Positions 1-11,301 are shown, counted from the first letter of the stretch. The stretch is 64,000 nucleotides of DNA from Oscillospiraceae bacterium (GCA_015067665.1 SVLZ01000002.1:9603-73602); one strand, 5' to 3'. Translations and numbers: made by a program. The notes: generated by a model not told the origin, from the letters alone.

Positions 1-92
1 CTGCGGACGAGCTGAAGGCAAACATCGAAAACCGCAAGGCCGTTGCGATTATCGTAGACTCTGCCAAGGCTGTTGCGCCCAAGGCTGAATAA
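1..92 (+). CDS. tig: Trigger factor, C-terminal end (partial)
   Basis: Open frame ...ADELKANIENRKAVAIIVDSAKAVAPKAE* ending TAA 90-92, directly before clpP-clpX-lon (conserved order). Confidence 0.7.
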   Translation, partial: ADELKANIENRKAVAIIVDSAKAVAPKAE

Positions 93-154
93 TTTTGGAA
101 TAAAATTCCCAAAGATTGGTTACAATGTTTCAAATCCCTGAAAGGAGTGCTTCT

Positions 155-736
155 ATGAGCTTAGTACCTGTTGTAGTAGAGCAGACCAGTCGCGGCGAGC
201 GCAGCTACGACATTTTCTCAAGACTACTCAATGACCGTATCATTTTCCTGTCCGAGGAAGTCAACGACACCACAGCCAGCCTGATCGTAGCCCAGCTTCT
301 CTATCTGGAAGCCCAGGACCCCGATAAGGACATTCAGTTCTATATCAACAGCCCCGGTGGCAGTGTGACCGCAGGTATGGCTATTTATGATACGATGCAG
401 TACATTAAATGCGATGTGGCTACGATCTGTGTCGGTATGGCTGCTTCTATGGGCGCATTCCTTCTGTCCGCCGGCACCAAGGGTAAGCGCATGGCGCTGC
501 CTAATGCGGAAATCATGATCCACCAGCCTTCTGCCGGTACCCAAGGTCAGATCACCGATATGGCCATCCATCTGCGTCGCTTGGAGACCATCAAGGAGCG
601 CCTCAACCGGATCCTTGCTGAAAATACGGGTAAGTCTGTGGATGTTATTACCGATGCCTGCGAGCGGGATAACTTTATGACAAGCCAAGAGGCACTCCAA
701 TTTGGTCTCATTGACCGTGTAATTGAAAAACACTAA
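155..736 (+). CDS. clpP: ATP-dependent Clp protease proteolytic subunit
   Basis: [47 protein letters not shown]; RBS AAGGAG before ATG 155. Confidence 0.98.
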   Translation: MSLVPVVVEQTSRGERSYDIFSRLLNDRIIFLSEEVNDTTASLIVAQLLYLEAQDPDKDIQFYINSPGGSVTAGMAIYDTMQYIKCDVATICVGMAASMGAFLLSAGTKGKRMALPNAEIMIHQPSAGTQGQITDMAIHLRRLETIKERLNRILAENTGKSVDVITDACERDNFMTSQEALQFGLIDRVIEKH

Positions 737-760
737 GTTTAACGAAAGGCGGTAGCAGTT

Positions 761-2002
761 ATGGCAAAAACAGAGGAAAAGCAGGTTTGCTGTTCCTTCT
801 GCGGCAAGGGCGAAGCCCGCACCCAGCTGATCGCTGGCCCCAATGTCTATATTTGCAGTGACTGCGTGCAGGCCTGCGCCCAGCTTCTCCGTGATGAGCT
901 GGAAGTGCCCGATGCGCCGGAGGTACTGCCTACTCCTGCGGAAATGAAAGCATATATGGATCATTACATCATCGGTCAGGACGATGCAAAAATCGCCCTG
1001 TCCGTTGCAGTGTATAACCATTATAAGCGGATTTTCTTGGCTGGCGATTCCGATGTGGAGCTGCAAAAGAGCAATATTTTGCTGATCGGTCCAACCGGCT
1101 CCGGCAAGACACTCTTTGCCCAGACGCTTGCAAAATTCTTGGACGTCCCCTTTGCCATTGCGGATGCAACGACCCTGACAGAAGCCGGCTACGTAGGCGA
1201 CGACGTGGAAAATATCCTCGTTCGCTTGCTGCAAGCTGCGGATTTTGACTTGGAGCGTGCAGAGCGTGGCATCATATACATCGATGAGATGGATAAGATC
1301 GCCCGTAAGAGCGAAAATACTTCGATTACAAGAGATGTTTCCGGTGAAGGTGTGCAGCAGGCCCTGCTGAAGATCCTGGAGGGCACGGTTGCCAACGTTC
1401 CGCCCCAGGGTGGACGGAAGCACCCCCAGCAGGAGACTATTCCCGTTAACACCGCGAACATTCTCTTTATCTGCGGCGGTGCCTTTGACGGTTTGGATAA
1501 GATCATCGAAGCACGTACCGACAAGTCTGCCATCGGCTTTGATGCGCCGGTGGAGAGCAAGAAAAAGCGAGACCTCGGTAGCATTCTTGCAAAGGTCCAG
1601 CCCCACGACCTGCTGAAATTTGGCATCATTCCGGAACTGGTTGGTCGTATGCCGGTGATCACCTGCCTGCAGGACCTGAAAAAAGAGGACCTTGTCCGTA
1701 TCCTCACAGAGCCTAAAAATGCCCTGACCCGCCAATATGCAAAGCTCTTGGAAATGGACAATGTTGCTTTTGAAATGACAGACGATGCGCTAAACGCAGT
1801 GGCAGAAAAAGCGATTGCCCGGCAGATCGGCGCAAGAGGTCTCCGCGCTGTTATGGAGGAGACAATGCTGCGTATTATGTTTGAAATCCCCTCTGATCTT
1901 ACCATCCGGAAGGTACGGATCACAGCCGCCTGTGTAAGCGGCGGCGACCCGGAGATCATTCGGGATGCAGAAAATCCCAGACAGAAACCGGGCGCGAAAT
2001 AA
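761..2002 (+). CDS. clpX: Clp protease ATP-binding subunit ClpX
   Basis: N-terminal CSFCG...CSDC zinc finger, [22 protein letters not shown]. Confidence 0.98.
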   Translation: MAKTEEKQVCCSFCGKGEARTQLIAGPNVYICSDCVQACAQLLRDELEVPDAPEVLPTPAEMKAYMDHYIIGQDDAKIALSVAVYNHYKRIFLAGDSDVELQKSNILLIGPTGSGKTLFAQTLAKFLDVPFAIADATTLTEAGYVGDDVENILVRLLQAADFDLERAERGIIYIDEMDKIARKSENTSITRDVSGEGVQQALLKILEGTVANVPPQGGRKHPQQETIPVNTANILFICGGAFDGLDKIIEARTDKSAIGFDAPVESKKKRDLGSILAKVQPHDLLKFGIIPELVGRMPVITCLQDLKKEDLVRILTEPKNALTRQYAKLLEMDNVAFEMTDDALNAVAEKAIARQIGARGLRAVMEETMLRIMFEIPSDLTIRKVRITAACVSGGDPEIIRDAENPRQKPGAK

Positions 2003-2010
2003 CACATAAG

Positions 2011-2036
2011 AGGGGTAGGTAACTACCCCTTTTTTC
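2011..2036 (+). terminator. Intrinsic terminator after clpX
   Basis: AGGGGTAG-GTAA-CTACCCCT hairpin followed by a T run. Confidence 0.7.
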
Positions 2037-2063
2037 GCAATTACCCAGAAAAGAGGTGTTTTT

Positions 2064-4466
2064 ATGCACAAAGAATTTATTTCCGGCGACCTGCCGGTTT
2101 TGGCACTGCGCGGTCTTGTGGTTTTCCCTGAGCAGACCCTGCATTTTGACATTGGCCGTGTGAAATCTGCCCTTGCACTGGAAGAGGCGATGCATCACAA
2201 TCAGCAGCTTCTCCTTGTGCCCCAAAAGAGTATTGTGGATGATGATCCGGGCTTTGGCGGTCTTTACCCCGTTGGTACGGTCGTCCACGTAAAGCAAATC
2301 CTCAAATCTCAGGACAATAATATCCGTGTTTTGGTCACCGGTATCTGCCGGGCGCGGATCACAAATATACTGCAAAGCGATCCCTATATGTCTGCCACAG
2401 TTGCGCGCGCAGAGGACGTAACTACCGCAGAAAACCTTCACACCCGGGCTCTTCGCCGTGAGGCGAAGGGCGCCTACGGGGCTTATATGGAGCTTGCCGA
2501 ACGGCCTGCACAGACCGTGCAGCTTCGTATGATCGCTTCTGAGGACACAGGCTTTGTGGCTGACACCATCGCCCAAAATTCCGGGATCGACTACCCGGAT
2601 AAAGCAAAGCTGCTTTGCCAGTTTAACCCCGTAAAGCGGCTGGAAAATACGTTACGGCTGCTGCAGCAGGAAATGCAGATGCTGCAGCTGGAAAATGAAA
2701 TACAGGAAAAGACCCGGGCATACCTTGATCAGGAACAGCGTGACTACTACCTGCGTGAGCAGATGAAGGTTATCCGTGAGGAGCTTGGGGAAGGGGATGA
2801 GGCTGAGGAATTTGAGGAATATACCCGCAGTATCCTTGCTCTCCACCTTGCAAAAGACACGGAAGAAAAGCTTCTTAAGGACGTTGCAAGGCTGAAAAAG
2901 CAGCATTTCGGCTCCGCAGAAGCTTCTGTCCTTCGTAATTACCTTGACACCGTGCTGGAGCTGCCTTGGCACAAGACCACCAAAGAGCGCGTGCAGGTGG
3001 ATGCTGCACGGAAGATCTTGGAAAAGGATCACTATGGCCTTGAGAAGGTAAAGGAACGGATTCTGGAAACCATTGCCGTTCGGCAAGTCGCGCCGGAGAT
3101 GCCGCCTCAGATCCTTTGCTTGGTCGGCCCTCCCGGCGTTGGCAAAACCTCCATTGCCTATTCGATTGCCCACTGTCTTAATCGGAAGCTGGCCCGTATT
3201 TCCTTGGGCGGTGTCCGCGATGAGGCGGACATCCGCGGTCATAGAAAGACTTACGTGGGTGCAATGCCCGGCCGTATTATTTCCGGTATCATCCAGGCTG
3301 GCAGTATGAACCCGGTGCTTCTGCTGGACGAGATCGACAAGATGGGCGCTGACCACCGTGGCGATCCTGCAGCAGCTCTGCTTGAAGTGCTGGACGGAGA
3401 GCAAAATAAAGCCTACCGGGATCATTTCCTTGAAGTTCCTGTTGATTTGCGGAATGTAATGTTCATTACTACCGCCAATACTCTCGATACTATCCCCAGA
3501 CCCCTCCTTGACCGTATGGAGATCATTCAGCTTTCCTCCTATACGGACGAAGAAAAGCTGATGATCGCTAAGAATCACCTGATTCCCAAACAGCGCAGTA
3601 AGCACGGTCTCAGCCGCAGTCAGCTCCGTTTTGCCGATGATGGCATCCGTGAAATCATCACCTGCTATACGAAGGAATCCGGTGTCCGTAATTTGGAGCG
3701 TTCCATTACGGAAATCTGCCGCAAAACCGCAATGCAGATCACATCCTCCCAAGAGAATGTCCGCAATGTGGTCCGTGGCAGCAACGTGGAAAGCTTACTG
3801 GGTGTCCGTAAGTATCTTCCTGACCGCATTCCTGCAAAAGATCAGGTTGGTCTCGTAACCGGTCTTGCATGGACCTCCGTCGGCGGTGAAACACTGAGCG
3901 TTGAAGTCAATGTGATGGACGGTACAGGAAAGCTGGAGCTGACTGGTAACTTAGGCGATGTAATGAAGGAATCTGCCCACGCTGCACTAAGCTATATTCG
4001 CGCCAATGCCGGAAAACTTGGTATTTCCGCTGACTTTTATAAAACAAAAGACATCCACGTGCATTTCCCGGAGGGTGCTGTGCCAAAGGATGGTCCTTCT
4101 GCCGGTATTGCTGTGTGCAGCGCAATGGTTTCTGCGCTGACCGGTGTATCCGTCCGCAGTGACGTGGCAATGACCGGTGAAATTTCCATCCGCGGTCGCG
4201 TTCTGCCTATTGGTGGACTAAAGGAAAAGACGATGGCTGCCCATCGGCAGGGGATCCGCACGGTAATTATTCCCAAGGACAACGAACGAGATCTTCAGGA
4301 AATCGACCAGACAGTCCGCTCCGCACTTAATTTTGTGACGGCAGAGACCATTGAGACTGTCTTGGAAACTGCTCTGAACCGTAAAGCGACCCTGACCCCC
4401 GCGATGCTCCCGGAGCTTCCCGGTGATGCAAAAAACAAGGCACACAAGCCCGGCATCCGTCAGTGA
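2064..4466 (+). CDS. lon: Lon protease (endopeptidase La)
   Basis: GPPGVGKT, LLDEIDK, PKDGPSAG catalytic Ser, IGGLKEK. Confidence 0.98.
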   Translation: MHKEFISGDLPVLALRGLVVFPEQTLHFDIGRVKSALALEEAMHHNQQLLLVPQKSIVDDDPGFGGLYPVGTVVHVKQILKSQDNNIRVLVTGICRARITNILQSDPYMSATVARAEDVTTAENLHTRALRREAKGAYGAYMELAERPAQTVQLRMIASEDTGFVADTIAQNSGIDYPDKAKLLCQFNPVKRLENTLRLLQQEMQMLQLENEIQEKTRAYLDQEQRDYYLREQMKVIREELGEGDEAEEFEEYTRSILALHLAKDTEEKLLKDVARLKKQHFGSAEASVLRNYLDTVLELPWHKTTKERVQVDAARKILEKDHYGLEKVKERILETIAVRQVAPEMPPQILCLVGPPGVGKTSIAYSIAHCLNRKLARISLGGVRDEADIRGHRKTYVGAMPGRIISGIIQAGSMNPVLLLDEIDKMGADHRGDPAAALLEVLDGEQNKAYRDHFLEVPVDLRNVMFITTANTLDTIPRPLLDRMEIIQLSSYTDEEKLMIAKNHLIPKQRSKHGLSRSQLRFADDGIREIITCYTKESGVRNLERSITEICRKTAMQITSSQENVRNVVRGSNVESLLGVRKYLPDRIPAKDQVGLVTGLAWTSVGGETLSVEVNVMDGTGKLELTGNLGDVMKESAHAALSYIRANAGKLGISADFYKTKDIHVHFPEGAVPKDGPSAGIAVCSAMVSALTGVSVRSDVAMTGEISIRGRVLPIGGLKEKTMAAHRQGIRTVIIPKDNERDLQEIDQTVRSALNFVTAETIETVLETALNRKATLTPAMLPELPGDAKNKAHKPGIRQ

Positions 4467-5059
4467 GGTATCCTATGAATTTTCATAATGTTGAATTTTT
4501 GACCTCAGCAGCCAATCCCACAGGCTTTCCCAAGGAACGCCTGCCGGAGATTGCTTTTGCAGGCAAATCCAATGTGGGTAAATCCTCGGTGATCAACCGC
4601 CTACTGATGCGAAAGAATTTCGCCCGTGTAGGAGATAAACCGGGAAAAACCATCCACGTTAACTATTTTGTACTGGATAAAAAATGTTATCTTGTTGATC
4701 TGCCCGGCTACGGCTTTGCCCAGGTTTCACAAAAGGAAAAAGAGCGCTGGGGCAAGCTTATGGAGGACTATTTTGCTTCCGGTCGTATTGATTTGGGTGT
4801 TCTCATCGTTGATGCCCGTCACGCACCTACCAACAACGACATTACCATGGCAAATTGGTTTATGGGCAGCGGCTGTCCCTTTGTGGTGGTCGCCAATAAG
4901 CTCGATAAGCTGAAAAAAAGCGAAATCCTCCCGAATCTTGAAACGATCCGAGAGGATTTGGAGCTGCCGGAGGAATGCCCGATTATCCCATTCTCAGCAG
5001 AAAAGGGTACGGGACGGGACGACCTTGTGCGGTATATTTTGGATTTGGTAAAGGAGTAA
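4463..5059 (+). CDS. engB: Ribosome biogenesis GTPase EngB/YihA/YsxC
   Basis: GKSNVGKSS, DLPGYG, NKLD; follows lon. Confidence 0.95.
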   Translation: MRYPMNFHNVEFLTSAANPTGFPKERLPEIAFAGKSNVGKSSVINRLLMRKNFARVGDKPGKTIHVNYFVLDKKCYLVDLPGYGFAQVSQKEKERWGKLMEDYFASGRIDLGVLIVDARHAPTNNDITMANWFMGSGCPFVVVANKLDKLKKSEILPNLETIREDLELPEECPIIPFSAEKGTGRDDLVRYILDLVKE

Positions 5060-5066
5060 AGAGAGA

Positions 5067-5786
5067 ATGTATTGCGGGAAACCCGTCATTGGCCTGCCCA
5101 GCTCCTATGAATGGGTCGATGAGACGGATAAGGTCTTTTTACTGTGCAATTACTTTGATTTTCTGCGTAGCTTTGGGGCGATTCCGTTGCTGATCCCAAC
5201 AAAGGCAGAGGGCGCAGAGCTTACATATCTCTTAGACCAATGTGACGGTCTGCTCCTTACCGGCGGTGATGACATCGATCCCACGCTTTACGGGGAAACC
5301 ATACTTAATGATAGCGTGGAACTTGCGCCCGAGCGGGACAAGATGGAAGCAAAGCTTTGTGCTATGGCATCTGCGCGGCATTTACCTATCCTTGGCATTT
5401 GCCGCGGAATGCAGTTTATGAACGTCTATTTTGGAGGCTCCCTATATCAGGATATTGCGTCCCAATATAACACCTCTGTATCCCATAGAATGGCGCCGCC
5501 CAGTCATCGTACCTGCCACGATTGCATTTTGGAGGACGACTTTCCGCTGCGCGCAATGATCGATGAAAAGGTGATTGCGGTAAACAGCCACCACCATCAG
5601 GCAGTGAAGACCGTGGCACCCGGTTTCCGCGTGGCAGGCCGCTGCACAGATGGAATCATCGAGGCAATTTGGAATCCAAATGAAGCCTTCTGCTGGGGGA
5701 TCCAGTGGCACCCCGAAAGAATTTGGGACATAAACACCCCATCTGCAAAAATTATGGAGGCCTTTATTAAGGCTTGCATCAAGTAA
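5067..5786 (+). CDS. Gamma-glutamyl-gamma-aminobutyrate hydrolase family (peptidase C26, class I glutamine amidotransferase)
   Basis: GLLLTGGDDIDP, GICRGMQ, VNSHHHQ, QWHPE. Confidence 0.9.
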   Translation: MYCGKPVIGLPSSYEWVDETDKVFLLCNYFDFLRSFGAIPLLIPTKAEGAELTYLLDQCDGLLLTGGDDIDPTLYGETILNDSVELAPERDKMEAKLCAMASARHLPILGICRGMQFMNVYFGGSLYQDIASQYNTSVSHRMAPPSHRTCHDCILEDDFPLRAMIDEKVIAVNSHHHQAVKTVAPGFRVAGRCTDGIIEAIWNPNEAFCWGIQWHPERIWDINTPSAKIMEAFIKACIK

Positions 5787-5800
5787 GACGGTGAATCGCT

Positions 5801-6586
5801 ATGAATGCAGTCAATAAGACATTGTATATTCCTTTGTACGGCAAATCCTATGTAAGCAAGAAAGGTCTGTTTCTTCAGGATAAAAAGGCAGAAGAAATAT
5901 GGGCAGCGGAAGGTTTTCCCCTTAAAGGAAAGTCCAGATCCAAATGGCTTGCCTACTATATGGGCATCCGCAGCTCGGTCTTTGATGATTGGACGCGGGC
6001 GCAAATGGCACATAATCCCGGAGCTGTGGTACTGCACATCGGCTGCGGGATGGACAGCCGTGTCCTCCGGGTCGGGCAGAAGGGACATAAGTGGTACGAC
6101 TTGGATTTTCCGGCCGTAATCCAGGAGAGAAAACGCTATTTTGCGGAATCTGACGATTATCGTATGCTTGCTGGCAATGCCGCAGAGCCAACGTGGCTGG
6201 AACGGATTCCTGAGAACGAATGTGCGATCATCGTTATGGAAGGCATCAGTATGTACTTAAGTCCGGCGCAGCTACACACGCTCATTGGGGGCTTATGCGG
6301 TCATTTTAAGCATATAGCCTTGCTTATGGACTGCTACAGCGCCCTTGCGGCATCTATGTCGAAATATAAAAACCCGATCAATGATGTGGGTGTGACCACC
6401 GTTTACAGTATGGACGATCCGTTATCACTGCAGAAGCAGGATTTTACCTTTGTTTGTGCCCGCGATATGACACCGCCAGCCTATATTGATGCCCTGCAGG
6501 GGATAGAAAAACACATCTTTTGTAAGCTTTACGCAGGCGGTTTTGCAAAGAAGCTGTACCGCCTTTATGAATACAAAAAAGCATAG
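5801..6586 (+). CDS. Class I SAM-dependent methyltransferase (leucine carboxyl methyltransferase-like)
   Basis: TLYIPLYGK, VLHIGCGMDSR, WYDLDFP, IMEGISMYL. Confidence 0.85.
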   Translation: MNAVNKTLYIPLYGKSYVSKKGLFLQDKKAEEIWAAEGFPLKGKSRSKWLAYYMGIRSSVFDDWTRAQMAHNPGAVVLHIGCGMDSRVLRVGQKGHKWYDLDFPAVIQERKRYFAESDDYRMLAGNAAEPTWLERIPENECAIIVMEGISMYLSPAQLHTLIGGLCGHFKHIALLMDCYSALAASMSKYKNPINDVGVTTVYSMDDPLSLQKQDFTFVCARDMTPPAYIDALQGIEKHIFCKLYAGGFAKKLYRLYEYKKA

Positions 6587-6592
6587 AATAAG

Positions 6593-6624
6593 CGCAGCGC
6601 CCTTCATTCAAAGGGTGCTGCGCT
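6593..6624. terminator. Hairpin terminator between convergent genes
   Basis: GCGCAGCGCCCTT...AAGGGTGCTGCGC inverted repeat. Confidence 0.65.
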
Positions 6625-6628
6625 GTCA

Positions 6629-6880
6629 TTACATAGATTTCTTTGCTTCCTTTAAGGCACGGGACAGCTGATCGGGGCAGGAGGTATTCTTGGAACCGCA
6701 GGTGGTGCCCTCTAAGCGGGAGATGACCTCGTCTACGTCCATACCCTCAACGAGGGCGCTGATGCCTTTAAGATTGCCATTGCAGCCACCGAGGTACTGG
6801 ACGCTATGGACCTTGCCGTCCTCAATGGTAAAGTGAATGTACTGGGAGCAAGTGCCGCTGCATTTATATTCGAACTGCAT
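6629..6880 (-). CDS. TSCPD-domain protein (TIGR03905-type)
   Basis: GTCS...GGCNGNLKGI...TSCPDQL. Confidence 0.9.
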   Translation of the reverse strand: MQFEYKCSGTCSQYIHFTIEDGKVHSVQYLGGCNGNLKGISALVEGMDVDEVISRLEGTTCGSKNTSCPDQLSRALKEAKKSM

Positions 6881-6995
6881 AATTGATTTCCTTTCGTTTT
6901 TTCTTTGATTATACGATAGCGGCGCAAAAGTTTCAAGTAGGAATTTATTCGTTTTGATTTGGTTATCCTATGTAAAAAACGGAGGAGATACCGAT

Positions 6996-7697
6996 ATGGA
7001 CACAAATCAGAATCAAAAAGACGAAAACCAGCAGAATGAACTGACAGACTTGGGCGCGGACATTTCCAAAACAAGCAAAGGCAACATCTACACACTAACC
7101 ATTATAGGACAGGTAGAGGGACATCAGGTTCTGCCTGAAAATGTAAAAACCACAAAATATGAGCACGTGCTGCCTCTTCTTGCGGGGATCGAAGAAAGTG
7201 ATGAAATTGACGGCCTTTTGCTGCTGCTCAATACCGTAGGCGGTGACATTGAGGCAGGCCTTGCCATTGCGGAAATGATTTCCGGCATGAAAAAGCCTAC
7301 CGTATCCTTAGTTTTGGGTGGTGGACACTCGATTGGTATCCCACTTGCAGTTTGCACCAAAAAATCCTTTATCACGCCAACTGCCAGTATGACCGTTCAC
7401 CCGGTGCGTATGACAGGACTTGTGATCGGTGCACCGCAGACATTTCGTTATTTTCAGCGGATTCAGGAACAGATCGCCGACTTTGTCACTGCCAATTCCG
7501 GCATTTCCAGAGAACAATTTGAGGGCTATATGATGGCAACAGGGGAGATGGCATCAGACGTTGGCACCATTCTCTACGGTAAAGAGGCAGTCGCTTCAGG
7601 GCTGATCGATCGCTTGGGCAGTTTGAGCGACGCCCTTTCGGCCTTGCATAAAATGATCGATAAGAACAAAAAGCGTGACAAAAAGTCACAAGAATAA
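6996..7697 (+). CDS. tepA: TepA-like ClpP-family protease (translocation-enhancing protein)
   Basis: IIGQVEGH, KTTKYEH, LNTVGGDIEAGLAI, LGGGHSIG; upstream of uppP-ftsK; RBS GGAGG. Confidence 0.85.
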   Translation: MDTNQNQKDENQQNELTDLGADISKTSKGNIYTLTIIGQVEGHQVLPENVKTTKYEHVLPLLAGIEESDEIDGLLLLLNTVGGDIEAGLAIAEMISGMKKPTVSLVLGGGHSIGIPLAVCTKKSFITPTASMTVHPVRMTGLVIGAPQTFRYFQRIQEQIADFVTANSGISREQFEGYMMATGEMASDVGTILYGKEAVASGLIDRLGSLSDALSALHKMIDKNKKRDKKSQE

Positions 7698-7774
7698 AAA
7701 ATGATTTCTCTACTGGAAATTTTCGGATAACTGTGATATAATATTAAAAATATGCGCTGGAGGAGGGGAGCGAA

Positions 7775-8590
7775 GTGAATTGGTTAGAAATATTCCTTAT
7801 GGGTCTTGTTTTAGGCCTTTCTGAGTTCGTCCCCATTTCCTCCGGCGGTCACCAAAGGCTGGTGCTCCATCTGTTCGGAATGACCCAAATGGATCCGCTT
7901 TGTCACCTTGTTTTAACGGCTGGTGTGCTTCTTGCGGTTTTAACCTCCTGTAATGGCCTGTTTCGACGCTATCTTGCGGAGCGCGCCATTGCCCAAATGA
8001 AGAGAAGGCACCGGACATATGGCCAGCGATATTACGATTACCGCATCGTTAAGGGCGCGATTCTTCCGCTTGTAATCGTGTATGCGATTTGCTTCCTGTT
8101 CCAATCTTCCATAAGCCTCCCCGGATTAGCTCTGGCTTTTTTGATAAACGGCATTGTGCTTTTTGTCATAGGAAATATGCGGCAGGGCAATAAGGACTCC
8201 CACCGTATGACCGTTTTGGATAGCACGCTGATGGGCGCGTTCGGCGGTATATCTGCCATTGCCGGTATTTCTCTGATCGGCACTGTCTCCTCTACGGCAG
8301 TTGCCCGCGGTGCGAATCGGCAATCTGCGCTTAACTGGGCGTTAGTGATCAGTGCACCTGCACTGCTGATCCGGATGGCAATTGATCTGCTGCTTATGAT
8401 CATTGGCGGTACAGCGCTGTCCATTACGGGCTTTCTGTGCTGCTTGGGCGGTGCGGTTTTTGCCTTTATCGGTGGTCGCATCTCTATTCGGTTTGTCCGT
8501 TTTATCATTAACCGCTCCGGACTTTCCGGATTTTCCTACTACGTATGGGGCGCAGCGATTCTTACGTTTATTCTGTATTTGATCACATAG
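7775..8590 (+). CDS. uppP: Undecaprenyl-diphosphate phosphatase (divergent)
   Basis: GLSEFVPISSGGH motif, multi-pass membrane protein, located between tepA and ftsK. Confidence 0.8.
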   Translation: MNWLEIFLMGLVLGLSEFVPISSGGHQRLVLHLFGMTQMDPLCHLVLTAGVLLAVLTSCNGLFRRYLAERAIAQMKRRHRTYGQRYYDYRIVKGAILPLVIVYAICFLFQSSISLPGLALAFLINGIVLFVIGNMRQGNKDSHRMTVLDSTLMGAFGGISAIAGISLIGTVSSTAVARGANRQSALNWALVISAPALLIRMAIDLLLMIIGGTALSITGFLCCLGGAVFAFIGGRISIRFVRFIINRSGLSGFSYYVWGAAILTFILYLIT

Positions 8591-8598
8591 GAGGACAT

Positions 8599-11301
8599 AT
8601 GGCGAATAAAAAAACAAAGTCTGCGGGTCGTAAGACCCCATCTTCCAATCAGAAAAAGAAGACCACTAAGCAGTCTTCCAAGACAGAAAAGAAGGTACAG
8701 AATGTTTCCAAGAACCCAGTTACTGCATTGCTGGACCGCTGGGGAATCCCTCCACGATTCCTTAGTGCATCTTTCTTCCTTATCAGCTTTGTATTATTGC
8801 TCATTACCTTTTTAGCACCGGGCGGTGCGTTCTTTGTAGCACTAGAGAATGTTTTTCTTGGCCTTTTCGGCAAGGTAGGCTTCTTGGTATCGATCCCGGT
8901 ATCACTGTACCTATTCTTTATCCATGCCTTTTCTGCAAAGCGCCCTGTTCGGATGCGCACTGTGTGCCTTTTTGTCTTTACCATCATCTGCGGCTGTATC
9001 GGGCACGTATTTGCCGGTGAAATAGAACAAGTCTATAGCTTTGAGAGCTTCGGCAAGCTCTATGAAAACGGTCTTTTGGGTGCTTCCGGCGGTATGATCT
9101 GCGGCATTATCACGCAGCTGATCGCCTTCTTCTTCGCTAAGGCGACACTGGTATTTCTCATTCCTGCAGCGCTGCTGACCCTTCTTGCCGGTATGCAAAT
9201 TACCATACCCAGTATCGTCCGTGCTGTTCGTGAACGCCCCAGAGCTGACTGGGAGGACGAGGAAGAGATGAAGCCGGAGCCTGCTGCCATTGTGGTAAAT
9301 CACATTGCCAATAAGCGGATTGAACATATTAAGAACCGCCGTATTGCGGCAGAACAGGAAGCTGAGGAAGAGGAGAGAAGGGAAGCGGAGCGCCACGTGG
9401 CACAGCAGACCCGCGCCAAGGAGGCACCGGTAGCAGCTCCCCCTGTTTACCCGAAGGAGACGGTCAGCCGCGCAAATGACATTATGCGGCAGATCGAAGC
9501 AGACGTTGAAAGTCCCGTAGCTGCTGCCGGCAGCTATGAAGAAAGCAAGATCGACCCGGTTTCCCGGATGCCCTTCTTGGAGCTGGATAACGAAGAAAAT
9601 GAGGAGGCTGTGCAGGAATTACCGCCCCCAACAGCGAAAAAGGTGCGACCTGTTAAAGTGACAGCAGCCAAGGAAAAAGTGAGTGCTAAGGAAGCATCTG
9701 CAGCTGCTGCGAAAGTCGCCTCTGAGATCGTTGAAGCAGCGGAAGAAGAAAAGCCTGCCTATGTGTTCCCGCCTATCGATCTGCTAAACCGTGCGACAGA
9801 TACTGCCGGTGACGGTATCAGCGAAATGCGGGAAAATACTCTGCGGCTCAACGAGACGCTGGCAAGCTTCCGCATTGAAGCGCACATTATTAACGTCACC
9901 CGCGGTCCCAGTGTCACCCGTTACGAGGTGGAGCTGGAAAAGGGTGTCAGGCTGAGCAAGCTGACAAACTGCGCGGTGGATATTGCTCTGAGCTTGGGTG
10001 TCAGCGGTGTCCGTATTGCAGCTGTTCCCGGCAAGATTTCCATTGTAGGCATTGAAGTTCCCAACCAAACGGTCAATACCGTATCTCTTCGTGAGGTCAT
10101 TGAGTCCAATACCTTCAACGCTGCCAAGAGTAAATCCTCTTTTGCAGTGGGTAAGGACATCGGTGGCGCGTCCATCGTCGGCAATATTGCAAAGCTGCCC
10201 CATATGCTGATCGCAGGTACTACCGGTTCCGGTAAGTCTGTATGTATGAACTCCATCATCATCTCGCTTCTCTATAAAGCAAGCCCTGAGGAAGTCAAAC
10301 TCATTATGATCGACCCGAAGATGGTGGAGCTTGGCATCTATAACGGCATTCCGCATCTGCTTATTCCCGTTGTCACCGACCCCAAAAAGGCGGCTGGCTC
10401 TCTACAATGGGCAGTGACCGAAATGATGCGCCGGTATAAAGCGATGAGCGAAGCCGGTGTCCGTGATTTGGAGTCCTACAACGCAATTGTTGAAAAGCAG
10501 GAGAACGGTCCGCAGAAGATGCCCCAGATCGTTGTTATCATAGACGAGCTTGCGGACCTGATGATCGCGGCAGCCAAGGAAGTGGAAGAATCCATTTGCC
10601 GCATTGCACAGATGGGTCGTGCTTCCGGCATCCATCTTATTATAGCTACCCAGCGTCCCTCTGCCGAGGTCATCACCGGTCTTATGAAAGCAAATATCCC
10701 GTCCCGTATTGCTTTTGCGGTTTCCTCCGCAATGGAATCGCGTATCATTTTGGATAACGTGGGTGCTGAAAAGCTGGTCGGTCGCGGCGATATGCTGTAT
10801 TCTCCCATCGGCAGCGGCAAGCCTCGCCGTGTGCAAGGCTGTTTTGTCAGTGATGGAGAAGTGGAAGCTGTTGCGACCTTTGTAAAAGACAATTTCAATC
10901 CCAGCTATGACGAAGGCATTATGGATGAGATTGAAAAGAAAGCAGCCCAAACCGGCAATAGTAAATCCGCTCCTGCACCTGAGCCGGAGCCTGCTGCAGA
11001 GGAAATGGACGGAGATGAGATGCTCCCGGCTGCTGTAGATGTGATTTTGGAGACCGGTCAGGCATCTGTCTCGATGCTGCAAAGACGGCTGAAATTGGGC
11101 TATGCCCGTGCGGCACGAATTGTGGACGAGATGGAGGAGCGCGGTATCGTTGGTCCCTTTAGCGGCAGTAAACCACGCACCATTCTCATTACAAAAGAGC
11201 AGTGGGAGGCAATGCGTGCCGGCGGTAACGCCCAAATGGAATTTGATGATTTGGAAGCCGAGGAGGATATCGCCGAAGAAGAGGACGATTCCTTTATGTA
11301 A
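8599..11301 (+). CDS. ftsK: DNA translocase FtsK/SpoIIIE
   Basis: N-terminal TM helices, PHMLIAGTTGSGKS, IIDELADLM, ATQRPS, C-terminal gamma domain SMLQRRLKLGYARAARI. Confidence 0.97.
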   Translation: MANKKTKSAGRKTPSSNQKKKTTKQSSKTEKKVQNVSKNPVTALLDRWGIPPRFLSASFFLISFVLLLITFLAPGGAFFVALENVFLGLFGKVGFLVSIPVSLYLFFIHAFSAKRPVRMRTVCLFVFTIICGCIGHVFAGEIEQVYSFESFGKLYENGLLGASGGMICGIITQLIAFFFAKATLVFLIPAALLTLLAGMQITIPSIVRAVRERPRADWEDEEEMKPEPAAIVVNHIANKRIEHIKNRRIAAEQEAEEEERREAERHVAQQTRAKEAPVAAPPVYPKETVSRANDIMRQIEADVESPVAAAGSYEESKIDPVSRMPFLELDNEENEEAVQELPPPTAKKVRPVKVTAAKEKVSAKEASAAAAKVASEIVEAAEEEKPAYVFPPIDLLNRATDTAGDGISEMRENTLRLNETLASFRIEAHIINVTRGPSVTRYEVELEKGVRLSKLTNCAVDIALSLGVSGVRIAAVPGKISIVGIEVPNQTVNTVSLREVIESNTFNAAKSKSSFAVGKDIGGASIVGNIAKLPHMLIAGTTGSGKSVCMNSIIISLLYKASPEEVKLIMIDPKMVELGIYNGIPHLLIPVVTDPKKAAGSLQWAVTEMMRRYKAMSEAGVRDLESYNAIVEKQENGPQKMPQIVVIIDELADLMIAAAKEVEESICRIAQMGRASGIHLIIATQRPSAEVITGLMKANIPSRIAFAVSSAMESRIILDNVGAEKLVGRGDMLYSPIGSGKPRRVQGCFVSDGEVEAVATFVKDNFNPSYDEGIMDEIEKKAAQTGNSKSAPAPEPEPAAEEMDGDEMLPAAVDVILETGQASVSMLQRRLKLGYARAARIVDEMEERGIVGPFSGSKPRTILITKEQWEAMRAGGNAQMEFDDLEAEEDIAEEEDDSFM

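Noticed and set aside
224-3752. Long antisense ORFs opposite clpP/clpX/lon (and similar ones opposite ftsK, pfkA and pcrA)
   Set aside because: Shadow frames of well-conserved genes with biased codon usage; no motifs or RBS
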